Positions 23,289 through 35,590 are shown, numbered from the stretch's first letter. The stretch: DNA of 64,000 nt from Eledone cirrhosa (GCA_964016885.1 OZ024742.1:294810001-294874000), one strand, 5' to 3'. Notes: generated from the sequence alone by a model not told the origin. Numbers and translations are program-made.

Positions 23289-24700
23289 ATCTAAACTATA
23301 ATAAAGTAAGAAGCACGGGACTGCGTACGGTTTATAATTTGTTATCCCGTTAGTAAAATAAGTTGGATTACTTGGAATAAATAATTGTTTCTACTTTAGG
23401 CACAAGGCCAGCAATTACCCAGCGCATTACTGGTACTTTATTTTATCGAACCCGTAAGGATGAAAGGCAAAGTCAACCTCGGCGGGATTTGAACTCAGAT
23501 CGTAAAGGGACGTAACTATGCTGGAAAGCATGGCGTCCGACCCTCTACCGATACTGCCAATCTACCGCCCTTTGAATAAATAATGAATGAATATTACATA
23601 ATTTATCTACTAAATTTCGTGACTGTTCATTAAATATATTTTATCACTTATTTAAAGATTCACATCTTTAAAACTTTCAAATATCAACACTTCCGGTTAA
23701 ACAAATATTCTTATATTTCTGTCACTAATTTTTTCCTATTGTAGTTTATATATAATATCGTCTTTTTTTAATGTATCATGGATTACGTTACTGATTACAT
23801 AATACAGTGTACACAGTCTTCGTTCAATTTCTGTGTATATTGTCAATTACGGTTTTATTTGATGTATCATATCTACATGTATATATACTTGCGTATAATA
23901 TCAATATAGACACTACACATGCTAGCAGAAAACCACTAGAAGGGTGGTTTTTCTGTTCGTTATATTAAAGGAGTTTTTACAAAAAGAGTTAATAAATAAA
24001 TAAAACGTTATACTTGTTTTACCCTCCCATTTCCAATTAAACCGAACGCTATCATGACTGTATGTGTGTGTATGTGTGAATGTATGTATGTTTGTGTGAA
24101 TGTATGTGTATTTATGTGAATTATGTCCGTGAGTGTGTATTTTTATAAGTTTGTGTTTGCGTGATTATAGTTATATACTCATAAAAGTTATATACTCATA
24201 CATATAGATGTATGTATGTGCACACTCATACGCGTCAGTATGTAGAAAATCACTATCTCTCTCATCATACGCTCTCTCTTTCTATATATATGGTAGTTCA
24301 AGTGGTGGTGTTGGCGACGATATACCGGAAGTGCAACTTTGAAAAGAAGTCAATTTTAGATTATTTCTTTTTACGAAATTTAGCACATAAATTATGTAAT
24401 ATTTATTCATTATTTATGGTGGTGGATTGGCAGTATCGGTAGAAGGTCGGACACCATGCTTTGACGCATAGATTTACGGCCCTTGCCATTCTGAGTTCAA
24501 ATCCCGCCGAGGTTAACTTTGCCTTTCATCCTTACGGGGTCGATAAAATAAAGTACCAGTAATACACTAGGTGATTGCTAGCCTTGTGCCAAAAGTAGAA
24601 ACAATTATTTATTCAAAGTAATCCACCTTATTTTACTAACTGGATTAAAAGAAATGAACCGTGCGCAGTCCCGAAGCCCTTGCTTTATTATAGTTTAGAT
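23289..24700. repeat. diverged inverted duplication (arms about 23289-23697 and 24324-24700), each arm with a SINE
   Basis: CTAAACTATAATAAAG..GGGACTGCG..GTTAGTAAAATAAG..GGATTACTT..ATTACATAATTTAT..CTAAATTTCG..CACTTCCGG appears in both orientations. Confidence 0.85.
23757..23959 (+). mobile_element. second Helitron 3'-end remnant
   Basis: Homologous in reverse to 19042-19230, including the CTAGCAGAAAA..hairpin. Confidence 0.7.
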
Positions 24701-25231
24701 GTCAGGCTTTTTTTTTTCTACAAGAATGCTATACCATTTCTATAACTATGAATTGCAAAACAAAACAAAACAAAATAAAAAACCATACTATAAAGTTTTC
24801 TTTTAAATTTCAACAGAATCGTAACCTACACTTTCGAAAACATGTTTCTGCAAAATTTCCTTTAAAGGATATGAATTATTAAGAAAGTTATGAGAAAACA
24901 AAATGGGAAGGGAGAACTAAATTGTAGTTATGCCGGCTATCAGAAGTTTCAATAGTAACAGGAGCGAAATGGAATCATCATTTAACGTTTGTCTTCCTCG
25001 CTAACATACTTAATGGAGAGCGTTTAGTCATTTTTCATTCCACTACATAGAGAGCGGCAGCTCCCAGCTTTATATATGTCAGGTAAAATGTTTTGCGGTA
25101 TTTGTCCCAGTTTTCTGTACGCTAAGTTCAAATTCCACGTGCATGCTACAAGGTTAACACTGAAGTAACTGTTATATGAGGTGACTAAGATAGATGATTT
25201 ATCTCCCATGGAACCAGGAAAGTATTATAAT

Positions 25232-25340
25232 TGTTTCTACTTTAGGCACAAGGCCAGCAATTACTCAGTGTATTACTGGTACTTTATTTTATCGACCCCG
25301 TAAGGATGAAAGGCAAAGTTAACCTCGGCGGGATTTGAAC
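25232..25340 (-). mobile_element. 5'-truncated SINE family 1 with 16-bp TSD
   Basis: AGGAAAGTATTATAAT at 25216-25231 and 25341-25356. Confidence 0.92.
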
Positions 25341-25458
25341 AGGAAAGTATTATAATGTTTGACATCTGCCATCGCCGTGGTGAAAGCCCAGAAGTTTCAG
25401 CTTTGATGGGAAACTGACAGCATGAAGGTTTCTTTTATTTGAGTCCAAATATAAACGC

Positions 25459-25536
<78 letters not shown>

Positions 25537-25539
25537 AGG

Positions 25540-25870
25540 AGGGGGAGCAAAACCCAAAATGACCATTAATTCACAACAAAGTGCGACAATCGGTCGCACA
25601 TCACACCATGAGGGGTCAACGGAATATTTTGAAGCAAGCCAACACGCTCGCAACATTACCACATGTGATGGCGAGGCTAAGGCACTGAAATAACCAGGCA
25701 CCCTCACAGGTATTATCCGATACCTCAGTATAGCGAGCCGCCAGCGATGGCAAGAACTTCACTGTCACTGACCCAACTCCACCAAACGTCTCGAATGTCA
25801 CAGGCTGGGAAAAATAATTACTAGATAAGTCCAGGTATTTCCGAATTTTATAATACATGGACACTCAATA
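25540..25870 (-). mobile_element. CRE-clade 3' fragment
   Basis: ORF 25616..25864 KIRKYLDLSSNYFSQPVTFETFGGVG..WLFQCLSLAITCGNVASVLA. Confidence 0.8.
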
Positions 25871-27221
25871 GGGAATGTTAATGTCATATTTTAAGACAAG
25901 CATTGTGATAGCGAAGTTAGGGCATTGAAATAACTGGTCACTCTCTTGAGCATTTCCTGATACTTATTTCCTGATAGCGAGATTAAGGTGCTGCAGCTTC
26001 ACAAGCATCACCTGGTACTTCTTTTGACGACCATCAGTTATAGTTTCTCAAGGGAAATAACTCTTACAGATAGAGTGATCTTTCTTGCGTTACTCGTCAT
26101 TACAATAGGTATTATAGATTCTACCAAAAAGGATGTACTCTCGGTCTCGAATAATGCCACCACCTCCAGCCCACTTATTAAATTTTGCTAATCTCTTTCC
26201 CGTGAAATTTTATTTTGAGTGGTACCATTCCTGCGACAATTAATTTTCATTATACTTTAAAAAAACAGTATACATTACTAGAAATCCAATATGTTATTAC
26301 GTTATAAAATAAATAGGATGAGCTGAGGTCTCAATATGTAAACTAAACGACTAATTCTGGTTTTTGAAAAATTCAACGGACACAACCTACAAAAATTACC
26401 GATTTTCCACCCCACCCACCCACTTATTGCAACCCCTCCCCTCCACTTATTCAAATCACACCCTAATATTTGGGACCTGAAAGTACTTATAGAATATGAT
26501 GTGTCCACTGGCGGTTTTCGAGGATAAACATTCAGTTCAATCAACTGAACGTCCAGATCGTGAATTAACGTGTAAGGGGTTGAGTATTCCTGAGACACTA
26601 ACATTCTTAATGTAATTTCTAGGTTGAATCAGTATATGACAAGGACGAACCTTTGAATTATAGGTATAATTTAGTTTCCATCAAACAAGTTACCATCAAA
26701 CAGTTAGCATCAAACAAGTTCCATTCACAAGACGTTGGTTAACCAGAGGCTATGGCAGAAAATATTTGCCTAAGGTGCCGTGTAATGGGATCGAAACCAT
26801 GACCTCGAGATTATGAAGTTAACTTTTTAACCATTCTCCACGCCGGCATTCACTTGTAAAATATAATGTAATCACTAAAAGTTATAAGGAGGACCTGTTG
26901 ATGTGAGACTAGTTCTGGATACCAGTAATTTAAATAGATGACAAATATATACATCTGGATGGGACATCAATTTATCTGAGATCAAAGATAGAGGCCCTGC
27001 CATGTTAAGGCCACATGTTTCCTTCTGAAAGCACAATGTTCAAAGTAAAATCTTTAAGATTATTATCAGAATATTTTTGATGATCTCATTTAATAAAAGT
27101 AAATTGTCTGTCTATTCAACTAATTATGTCTCCTAGAAAAAACACACTTAGATTTCTATATTTACGTTTGTAATTTTATTTCATAAAATAACTGAGGTTT
27201 TATGTAAAAATATAATTTCAG

Positions 27222-27356
27222 AATGTGACTTCAGTTGGATGTCAGTTAATTTCAGTGCAGACTGCCAGCATAAAAAAGTTCTCTGCTCCTGTCTTGGATC
27301 GTTATTCTTTGAGTAGCCCCAACTCAGCTCTTGTTCAGCTAACCTATAACACACAG
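27222..27356 (+). other. orphan exon-like segment (135 nt, phase 0-0)
   Basis: TTTCAG| NVTSVGCQLISVQTASIKKFSAPVLDRYSLSSPNSALVQLTYNTQ |GTAAG; no partner exons confirmed. Confidence 0.3.
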
Positions 27357-27737
27357 GTAAGATCATAGGTAGGTTAGTTTGTATGAAACTACAAGTTGAA
27401 AGATGTCTACTCTCCTTAAGTTCTACACCTTTTATTCTGTTCTGTTACATGTCAGTACACCATGTACACTTCACATGTATCATCATCATCATCATCATTT
27501 TACGTCCGCTTTTCCCTGCTTGCAGGGGTTGGATGGGTCCTATTCAGCACACCATCTCATGTATGTGTATATATATATATATAACTTAAAACTAAAACTG
27601 AATACTAACTAATACTTATTCCTAATTAAACTATTTTTCACTGGGAAAAATTTGTTAACATTTTCTTTTCCTTTTTACTAATATATCACAACTCGTGTGT
27701 CACACCTCTATTTTTTATATATATATATATATATATA

Positions 27738-29598
27738 TTAAAATAACAGATTAAAGTTTAAGCAAAGAATCGCTGCTTTCACCCTTAACGGGATCTTCTG
27801 AAACTAACAAAGTCAATCTGTAAACGCAGAAGTGGATATTTCAAAAAACGTTGCAACCGGAGGAAGACAGGAAGACGATACTTTGGTTTGTGGACACGTT
27901 CGCTGGCTAAGAACGGGAAAAAACGAATATAATACGTCATTAATAGGAGCGGTGAAAAACAATTATGCGCAAAGACAGAACCACGTTTATGGTATAAAAG
28001 AGGTCCTAGACTAATGTTCTCTTAGGTGGTGCATAGAGACGTTCTCTGGCAATGAACGAAAAAAACGGAGATAATACGTCATATGTGGAGCGTGGAGAAC
28101 AATAGCACGCAAAGACAAAACCACGTAAATGGTATAGCAGAAGTCGTAGACTAAATTCAAACTAGGAGACCGAATGAATCTCCGCTACGGAGTTAAGAAC
28201 AAAGTAAATAAATACAATACAGTGTAATAGAAATAAATAAATACATACACGCAAACAAAAACGTACATACACAAGCATACGCAAAAACTTACCATAGGTA
28301 AACAAAACCACGCACATATAAATATGTGTGTGTGTGTAAGCGTGTATACAAAAAAATAAATAATTATATAAACGTATATAAATAAATAAATACGTATATA
28401 GCAAGCGCACACACATACCTACATGTAAATACACGAATGTTCGGAGACGTAAGTCAACCAAAACATGAAGTACACATATACACACGCCCTACATACGCAC
28501 GAACCTGCATACTCACACAGACGCAAAACTCCCGTATACACATAGCCGAACCATATGTACCAGAATATATAAAAAAAATTATACGCCATAACAATCAAAT
28601 ATACGTACGAGAAGGTATACGTACCTTCACAAAACATACTGATAATATATACTTACCTATGCAAATAAGTAAAGGTATAAACAAAACATATACTTAGCTC
28701 CCACATCGAGACGTAAAATATCCACGCATAGATCGTACTATCCGTTAGGGTATAAATTTGTTTATATATTCTGGTACATATGGTTCGGCTATGTGTATAC
28801 GGGAGCTTTGCGTCTGTGTGAGTATGCAGGTTCGTACGTATGTAGGGCGTGTGTATATGCGTACTTCATGTTTTGGTTGACTTACGTCTCCGAACATTCG
28901 TGTATTTACATGTAGGTATGTGTGTGCGCTTGTTATATACGTATTTATTTATTTATATACGTTTATATAATTATTTATTTATTTGTATACACGCTTACAC
29001 ACACACACATATTTATATGTGCGTGGTTTTGTTTACCTATGGTAAGTTTTGCGTATGCTTGTGTATGTACGTTTTTGTTTGCGTGTATGTATTTATTTAT
29101 TTCTATTACTTCTGTATTGTATTTATTTACTTTGTTCTTAACTCTGTAGCGGAGATTCATTTGGTCTCCTAGTTAGAATTTTAGTCTACGACTTCTGCTA
29201 TACCATTTACGTGGTTTTGTCTTTGCGTGCTATTGTTCTCCACGCTCCACATATGACGTATTATCTTCGTTTTTTTTCGTCCATTGCCAGAGAACGTCTC
29301 TATGCACCACCTAAGAGAACATTAGTCTACGACCTCTTTTATACCATAAACGTGGTTCTGTCTTTGTGCGTAATTGTTTTTCACCGCTCCTATTAATGAC
29401 GTATTATATTCGTTTTTTCCCGTTCTTAGCCAGCGAACGTGTCCACAAACCAAAGTATCGTCTTCCTGTCTTCCTCCGGTTGCAACGTTTTTTGAAATAT
29501 CCACTTCTGCGTTTACAGATTGACTTTGTTAGTTTCAGAAGATCCCGTTAAGGGTGAAAGCAGCGATTCTTTGCTTAAACTTTAATCTGTTATTTTAA
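27738..29598. mobile_element. large foldback element: ~850-bp inverted arms with ~165-bp spacer, TTAA-bounded, in (TA)n
   Basis: 27738-~28585 is the reverse complement of ~28749-29598 with only scattered differences; mirrored ORFs 27832/29322 and 28162/28849 show the same symmetry. Confidence 0.93.
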
Positions 29599-29621
29599 TA
29601 AATATATATATATATATATAT

Positions 29622-30226
29622 ATTAATATTTGATGAACATTTACATGTTATAGTTGCAATTGACTAATAAGATCGCTAGAGTGAAAAATCTTAATTCAAC
29701 AACATAAGGTCTGCCTGTACGATCTAGAAAATAATAAATCAATACTCACAGACTCATATGGGCAAAAAGCCTTGGTACCTAAACACGTTTAAAATTCAAA
29801 ATACAAACTTTTTCCGCAGATCGATCAGAACTTCAAACTTCAAACATGTTTCACAAAGGATGGTATAATAGTAAAATAATTAACTAATTAGCAGTGAGTT
29901 AATCAACTTTTTCTGTGTTTATCAATAGGCACCCAGATAAAAATAAAATAACTCAACCTTAGAAAAATATCTAAGGTCTGGTTAGCGTAGCGAAAATACA
30001 CGAGGTTTTGCACACGGCTTATTCCGATCTGTAGAAAAAGTTTGTATTTTGAATTTTAAACGTGTCTAGGTACCAAGGCTTTTTGCCCATATGAGTCTGT
30101 GAGTATTGATTTATTATTTTCTAGATCGTACAGGCAGACCTTATGTTGTTGAATTAAGATTTTTCACTCTAGCGATCTTATTAGTCAATTGCAACTATAA
30201 CATGTAAATGTTCATCAAATATTAAT
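29622..30226. mobile_element. second foldback element: 202-bp arms with ~200-bp spacer, TTAA-bounded
   Basis: 29622-29823 vs 30025-30226; three mismatches seen. Confidence 0.93.
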
Positions 30227-30296
30227 TTATACTGCTCAGAAGCAATTCCTAGAGCTGAAATGATTGTAAATGACCTCTCTGAGTCTAAACTCTAAG

Positions 30297-30339
<43 letters not shown>

Positions 30340-30437
30340 AACGAGTAGGACCCCGACGGCTGTATTTAGCATTGATTACTAAAATATTTAATGTGCTGTT
30401 TGAAATGGGGCTTATATTTCACCTCAGAAGTCTATAT

Positions 30438-30790
30438 TTTACATCTGGCCTGGGCATATTACCAATTTAAATGGGAGCTTACATTTTACATATGATCTGG
30501 ACTAATTATCAGCTTTGTGGGTCTACATTTTACATCTGGCCTGGGCCTATTATCAACTTTTTCTGGCCTTCATTTCACATTTTGCTGAGGCCTGTTACCA
30601 GCTTTGTAGGTCAACATATTACACACAATCTGGGCATATTACCAATTTTAATAGGAGCTTACATTTTACATATGGTCTGGACTAATTATCAACTTTGTGA
30701 GTCTGACTTGGGATTATTATCAACTTTAGGAGCTTAGATATTACATGTGGCCTGGGACAATTACTAGTTTTAGGGCCCTAGATTTCACAT
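30438..30790. repeat. degenerate ~43-bp tandem repeat with a higher-order ~180-bp duplication; related units at 31545-31630
   Basis: Recurring TTTTACATCTGGCCTGGG..TTACCA.TTT..GGG.CTTACA units. Confidence 0.7.
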
Positions 30791-32585
30791 TTCAGTAACC
30801 CTGCACTAGATGTAATGTACAGTTCAATATAGTCTGGTATTTACAAAACCTACTGTTACTTATAATAAAATGTTGGATCATTTGATTGGTTTACAGGCAT
30901 GTCATTGATTTGTTTAACATAAAAAATACACTGTATGATGATGTTCTTTAATTACACACACACACACTCAAACACACATACACACAAACACACACACATA
31001 TACACACACCCTCATACACACACACTCAAACATACACATATATGCACACACACACACATATACGCACGCACACGCACACACACACACACACACACATACA
31101 CACATAAACAATGACATACACTTTTGGTGTACCAACAAGAAATAAAAGTACTCAATATAAAAAATTAGGTTATATATATATATATATATATATATCCATT
31201 TATTTATTTATTTATTATAACATGAAATAAGGCAGGCTCTCCGCTGGGATTTTACTAATTGCTATACCATCTCTGTACCTAAACATACATCAAGTACTAC
31301 CCTGATCTGTGGTTTTCTCAATCTTCATGCTACAAACACTTTATATATTTAGGGTAAAGTGTAAAGACCCCCTTCATTTGTGAATGACTATGGGATTTGC
31401 ACCTAGAAGGTTCCCCTCTGAGGCACAAATCCAGGCAAGGTTGTTTGTGGAAGACCAGTAATCACCCATGTGTACCAGTCTTCTCTCTCCACGCTACCGA
31501 TGTTGCCCAAGGGAAAGGCAAAGGCCAATACAGCTTGGTACCAGCTCAGAAGGGCTTACATTTCACATCTGGCCTGGGCCTTTTACCTGCTTTGAAGGGC
31601 TTACATTTTACATCTGGCCTGTTACCAGTTTTACATGAACCTGTTTACATACATCTCTCCTTCTCCACTAACCTATATACCAAAGCATACACACATACTA
31701 GTCATATTAACCAGTCTTTCTAACACTTTCAACTTGAAGAATTCAAGTTAATAAGGAGACTGCTATATGGTGGGCATTTGGCCTGCTAGAAACAGCAGCC
31801 AGATTTATTTCATATACACAATGATCTCAAAAATAGAAAGGATAATGTAATCTATAGATAATGTAATCTTTGATACACAATGTCTAAAAAAAGAAAATAT
31901 TGGAGTGTCATGATTGGAAAGTCTAATGATCAATGACAAATTACACAACTGCAATCTGAATTTCAAACACACTAGTCTGGAGTAGGTGGGGGCTGCAAAA
32001 GTAATGAGTACTCTTCCTTCCCCCTTCCCTCCTTCACCTTAACCTCATTTCCTTCTCCTCTAACTAAATTTCAAAACAAAGACTCAGACCTGCCAACCTC
32101 TAAAAACCCAAACGTGGAGTACCATGATGAAAGCTAAACCCATTTTTAAAGGAGAAACATCTCTCAGCCACCCCAGTGTTGACAGATCTGAAGACTAACA
32201 GTAGGCCGTACATGTCTAGTGAGTTCATTCTAAACATATGGAAATGACAGGGAAGTGTAGTGGAGGAATATTAACAAAGAGGCACCTTATGCTTGTAAAA
32301 CAAATAGTTAAGTCACTGCTAACATATTCATTGTAATGAACTGAAAATGTTAATTCATTTTTGGAGTTGTCTCCCCTACCTTTTTTTTACTAGAATTAAT
32401 TGTAAAGCTAATGTGTTTATTTATTTTTTCTTCTCTCACTGTAACAGGTGTAAGTCTAATTAATTATATTTCAGCTCATCACATAAAGTCCATTAACACC
32501 AAATTAACCATTCTAAACATAGATTGGTAACGAGGATGTAATTAGAGAACTTAACCATTAAGTGCATATTGTTCTATAAATAGAT

Positions 32586-32673
32586 TCTTCTTCTTCTTCT
32601 TCTTCTTCTTCTTCTTCTTCTTCTTCTTCTTCTTCTTCTTCTTCTTCTTCTTCTTCTTCTTCTTCTTCTTCTT
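32586..32673. repeat. (CTT)n microsatellite
   Basis: Directly visible. Confidence 0.95.
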
Positions 32674-32732
32674 CACCATTCCATCAACTGCAATTCCATC
32701 AGTATCTTTGTATGTTAGACAGAGGAACTATC

Positions 32733-32918
32733 TCACAGAGTTGAGTAACAACAGCAAGGTGGTGATGATAGTATTGTTGGTATTGGTAGTGTTGTTGGTG
32801 GTGTTGATGACGTCAGTAGTTTTGTTGGTAATGTTGTTGCTGTTGATGGTGGTGGTGGTGGTGGTGGTGGTGGTGCCTCCTGCAGGTTGCTATAAGAATG
32901 CAGCAGTTCAAGAAGAGT
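32733..32918 (-). CDS. probable terminal coding exon (13) of large coiled-coil protein gene
   Basis: Strong acceptor TTTTATTGCAG|, phase 0, TLLELLHSYSNLQEAPPPP..CCCYSTL*. Confidence 0.55.
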   Translation of the reverse strand, partial: TLLELLHSYSNLQEAPPPPPPPPPSTATTLPTKLLTSSTPPTTLPIPTILSSPPCCCYSTL

Positions 32919-32985
32919 CTGCAATAAAACCATAACAAAAAACGAAATGAGATATATCAAATATTCATATATATATATATGTATG

Positions 32986-33049
<64 letters not shown>

Positions 33050-33295
33050 TAGTAGAGGTGCAATTGAATTGCGTTCACAAGCGGAATGCCAAGCTGAGCA
33101 CTCAATGCTCTTGGGGAGCAGAGTATCAATAATAATTGTTTCTACTTTTATCGACCCCATAAGGATGAAAGGTAAAGTTAACCTCGGCGGGATTTGAACT
33201 CAGAATGGCAAGGGCCGTAACTCTATGCATCAAAGCATGGCGTCCGACCCTATACCGATACTGCCAATCCACCGCAGTGTATCAATAATAATAAT

Positions 33296-33635
33296 AAATG
33301 GAAACAAAGAATCAGTTTTGCATCCGATACATATTTAATTACATATTACATATGTTTCACTGCCGAGATTTGACCAAACACAATTTAGTATGACAAAATT
33401 GACAATAACACATTTCTTCTAACAAAGTCTGTGGCAGCCTAAATAATGAATCGGGTGTTTAACAATTTAACAACATTTGGACATGCATCTACATGTGAGA
33501 ACAAATATCTGAGGAGCTTCTAATTCCAGAGGCAGGAATGAACATTATTTGATTGTTCCTCGAGCTGATCAGCAGTGAAACATATGTAATATGTAATTAA
33601 ATATGTATATGATGCAATATTGATTCTTTGTTCCC

Positions 33636-33639
<4 letters not shown>
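33296..33639. mobile_element. inverted-repeat element (68-bp arms) between (AAT)n tracts with hammerhead-like core; possibly Penelope-like
   Basis: 33296-33363 vs 33572-33639 (5 mismatches); CTGAGGA at 33509 and GAAACATATGTA at 33577. Confidence 0.65.
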
Positions 33640-33678
<39 letters not shown>

Positions 33679-33766
33679 ATTATTATTATAAAATAAAGTA
33701 CCAGTAATGCACTGGGTAATTGATGGCCTTGTGCCAAAAGTAGAAACAATCATTATTATTATTATT

Positions 33767-34718
33767 GGAATATCTTCAGGTGCTTACAGCCCTCAACCAG
33801 TCGGGCAATCCGATCAGTGGAAACTCCACCTTGTCGTTCTATAGAGGGTTAGTGGAGGGAAAGAGTGGCAACGTCCTTGGGGAGACTCTGGGCATCGACG
33901 AAAATCAACTAGCCAATCTCTTCGGGAGAACTTTCGGGCCGAGGCCCATGGACAACTTCCAGAAATCCCTGGCCTGGCAGTGCTACCGAGGAGCCTTGCC
34001 AGTTCAGGATAAACTCTACAGGCATGGAAGTGCCGTCAACCAGGCCTCTCCGAGGATGTGCGCAGGGCGATGAAACCGTCCTGCATGCACTCGTCCAGTG
34101 TCCGAGCATTGCTGACTTGTGGGTTTATGTCGAACAGCTGCTGTCGCATGTAGGACGGATCCAGCTATCAGCTGAGTTCATCGTGAAGAATGCCCCGCCG
34201 CCTTCTTTTAGCCAGGAAGGGCAGGCATTTTTTATCTGCCTGGTGGCAATGGTAAAAGAGATTGTATGGTGGACACGTCTGAAAGGGTTGAAGACGGGTA
34301 CTTTCCTCTTCGGAGATGCCCTTATTAACTTTTTCAGGTCTCACCTGAAAAGGAAAATCAGGGTGGAGAGGGAAGTGCTGCCTTCCAGCCAGTTTGTTGA
34401 GAGGTGGATGAGAGAGGCAAGAATGGCCCGTGTGAAAGCGTCTACCCTGAACATGTGCCTGTAGCATTGTAGGAGGAAAACTGGAAGAGGGCACTTGCCC
34501 TAGCGGTCAGGGTAACCGTGGCTTTTTTGTGGGCTTTCTTAACGAGCGACCTCGGAAGTCTCCCCCCTATTGGGGAATTTTTCATTGTTTTTTTTTTTTA
34601 CATCGTCTTTCTTTTTGTTTCGTTTTATATGCAGAAATGCCCATTTGTATTGTCCTGTATTGTCCTATGTTGTCCTTAATGTTATACTTTGTGTCAACCC
34701 TTGTGGTTAATAAAGAAA
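33767..34718 (+). mobile_element. 5'-truncated Tx1/L1-clade LINE (zinc-knuckle C-terminus and 3'UTR) in (ATT)n
   Basis: MDNFQKSLAWQCYRGALPV..C..GDETVLHALVQCP..; homologous to 48400-49270; CATTATTATTATTATT on both sides. Confidence 0.9.
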
Positions 34719-34719
34719 G

Positions 34720-34755
<36 letters not shown>

Positions 34756-35009
34756 ATACATACATAGAAATATATATATATATATTTATTATTAATATTA
34801 CATTCTGTTTATGAAGGAAACCGACCATAGTATGATCCAAATGTACAACGCCACATACTATACTTAAATGGACCCACCAACTGTAACATTAGGTTACAAT
34901 CCATTAAACTATATATATATATATCATTTAAAAAGTTATTTCCTTCTAATACTAAGACTTCTCAATGAAAGGATAAAATATACTAATGAATTATAAACTC
35001 AGAAATGTA

Positions 35010-35590
35010 ATAAAACATTGAAACAACCAATATTGAAAGAATTCAAATTCTATCTTCAGGAGAAGAATTCTTTGGAATAAGAGGAGACATTGCTAAATGC
35101 TGCAAAACATGGTGTCCAATGCTCTATTAATACTGCCAATCCACTACTCTACAATCCCTATTAATAATTGTTTCTACTTTAGGCACAAGGCAAGCAATTT
35201 TTTTAAGGGGAAGGAAAAGTCGATTAAATCGACCCCAGTGCATTACTGGTGCTTTATTTTATCGACCCCATAAGGATGAAAGGCAAAGTTAACCTCAGCG
35301 GGATTTGAACTCAAACTGTAAAGAGGCGTACCTCTATGCTGCAAAGCATGGCGTCCGACCCCCCTACCAATACTGCCAATCCACCACCCTCACAATCCCT
35401 ATTAATAATTGTTTCTACTTTAGGCACAAGGCCAGCAATTACCCAGTGCATTACTGGTACTTTATTTTATCGACCCTGTAAGGATGAAAGGCAAAGTCAA
35501 CCTCGGTGGGATTTGAACTCAGATCGTAAAGGGACGTAACTATGCTGGAAAGCATGGCGTCCGACTCTCTACCGATACTGCCAATCCCTA
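35010..35590 (-). mobile_element. stack of three SINE family 1 copies
   Basis: Copies at about 35010-35150 (old), 35168-35389 and 35409-35585, separated by repeated CAATCCCTATTAATAAT. Confidence 0.85.

Noticed and set aside
27832-29551. duplicate ORFs on opposite strands (60 aa, 107 aa, 75 aa)
   Set aside because: Mirror images produced by the palindrome; low complexity, no motifs.
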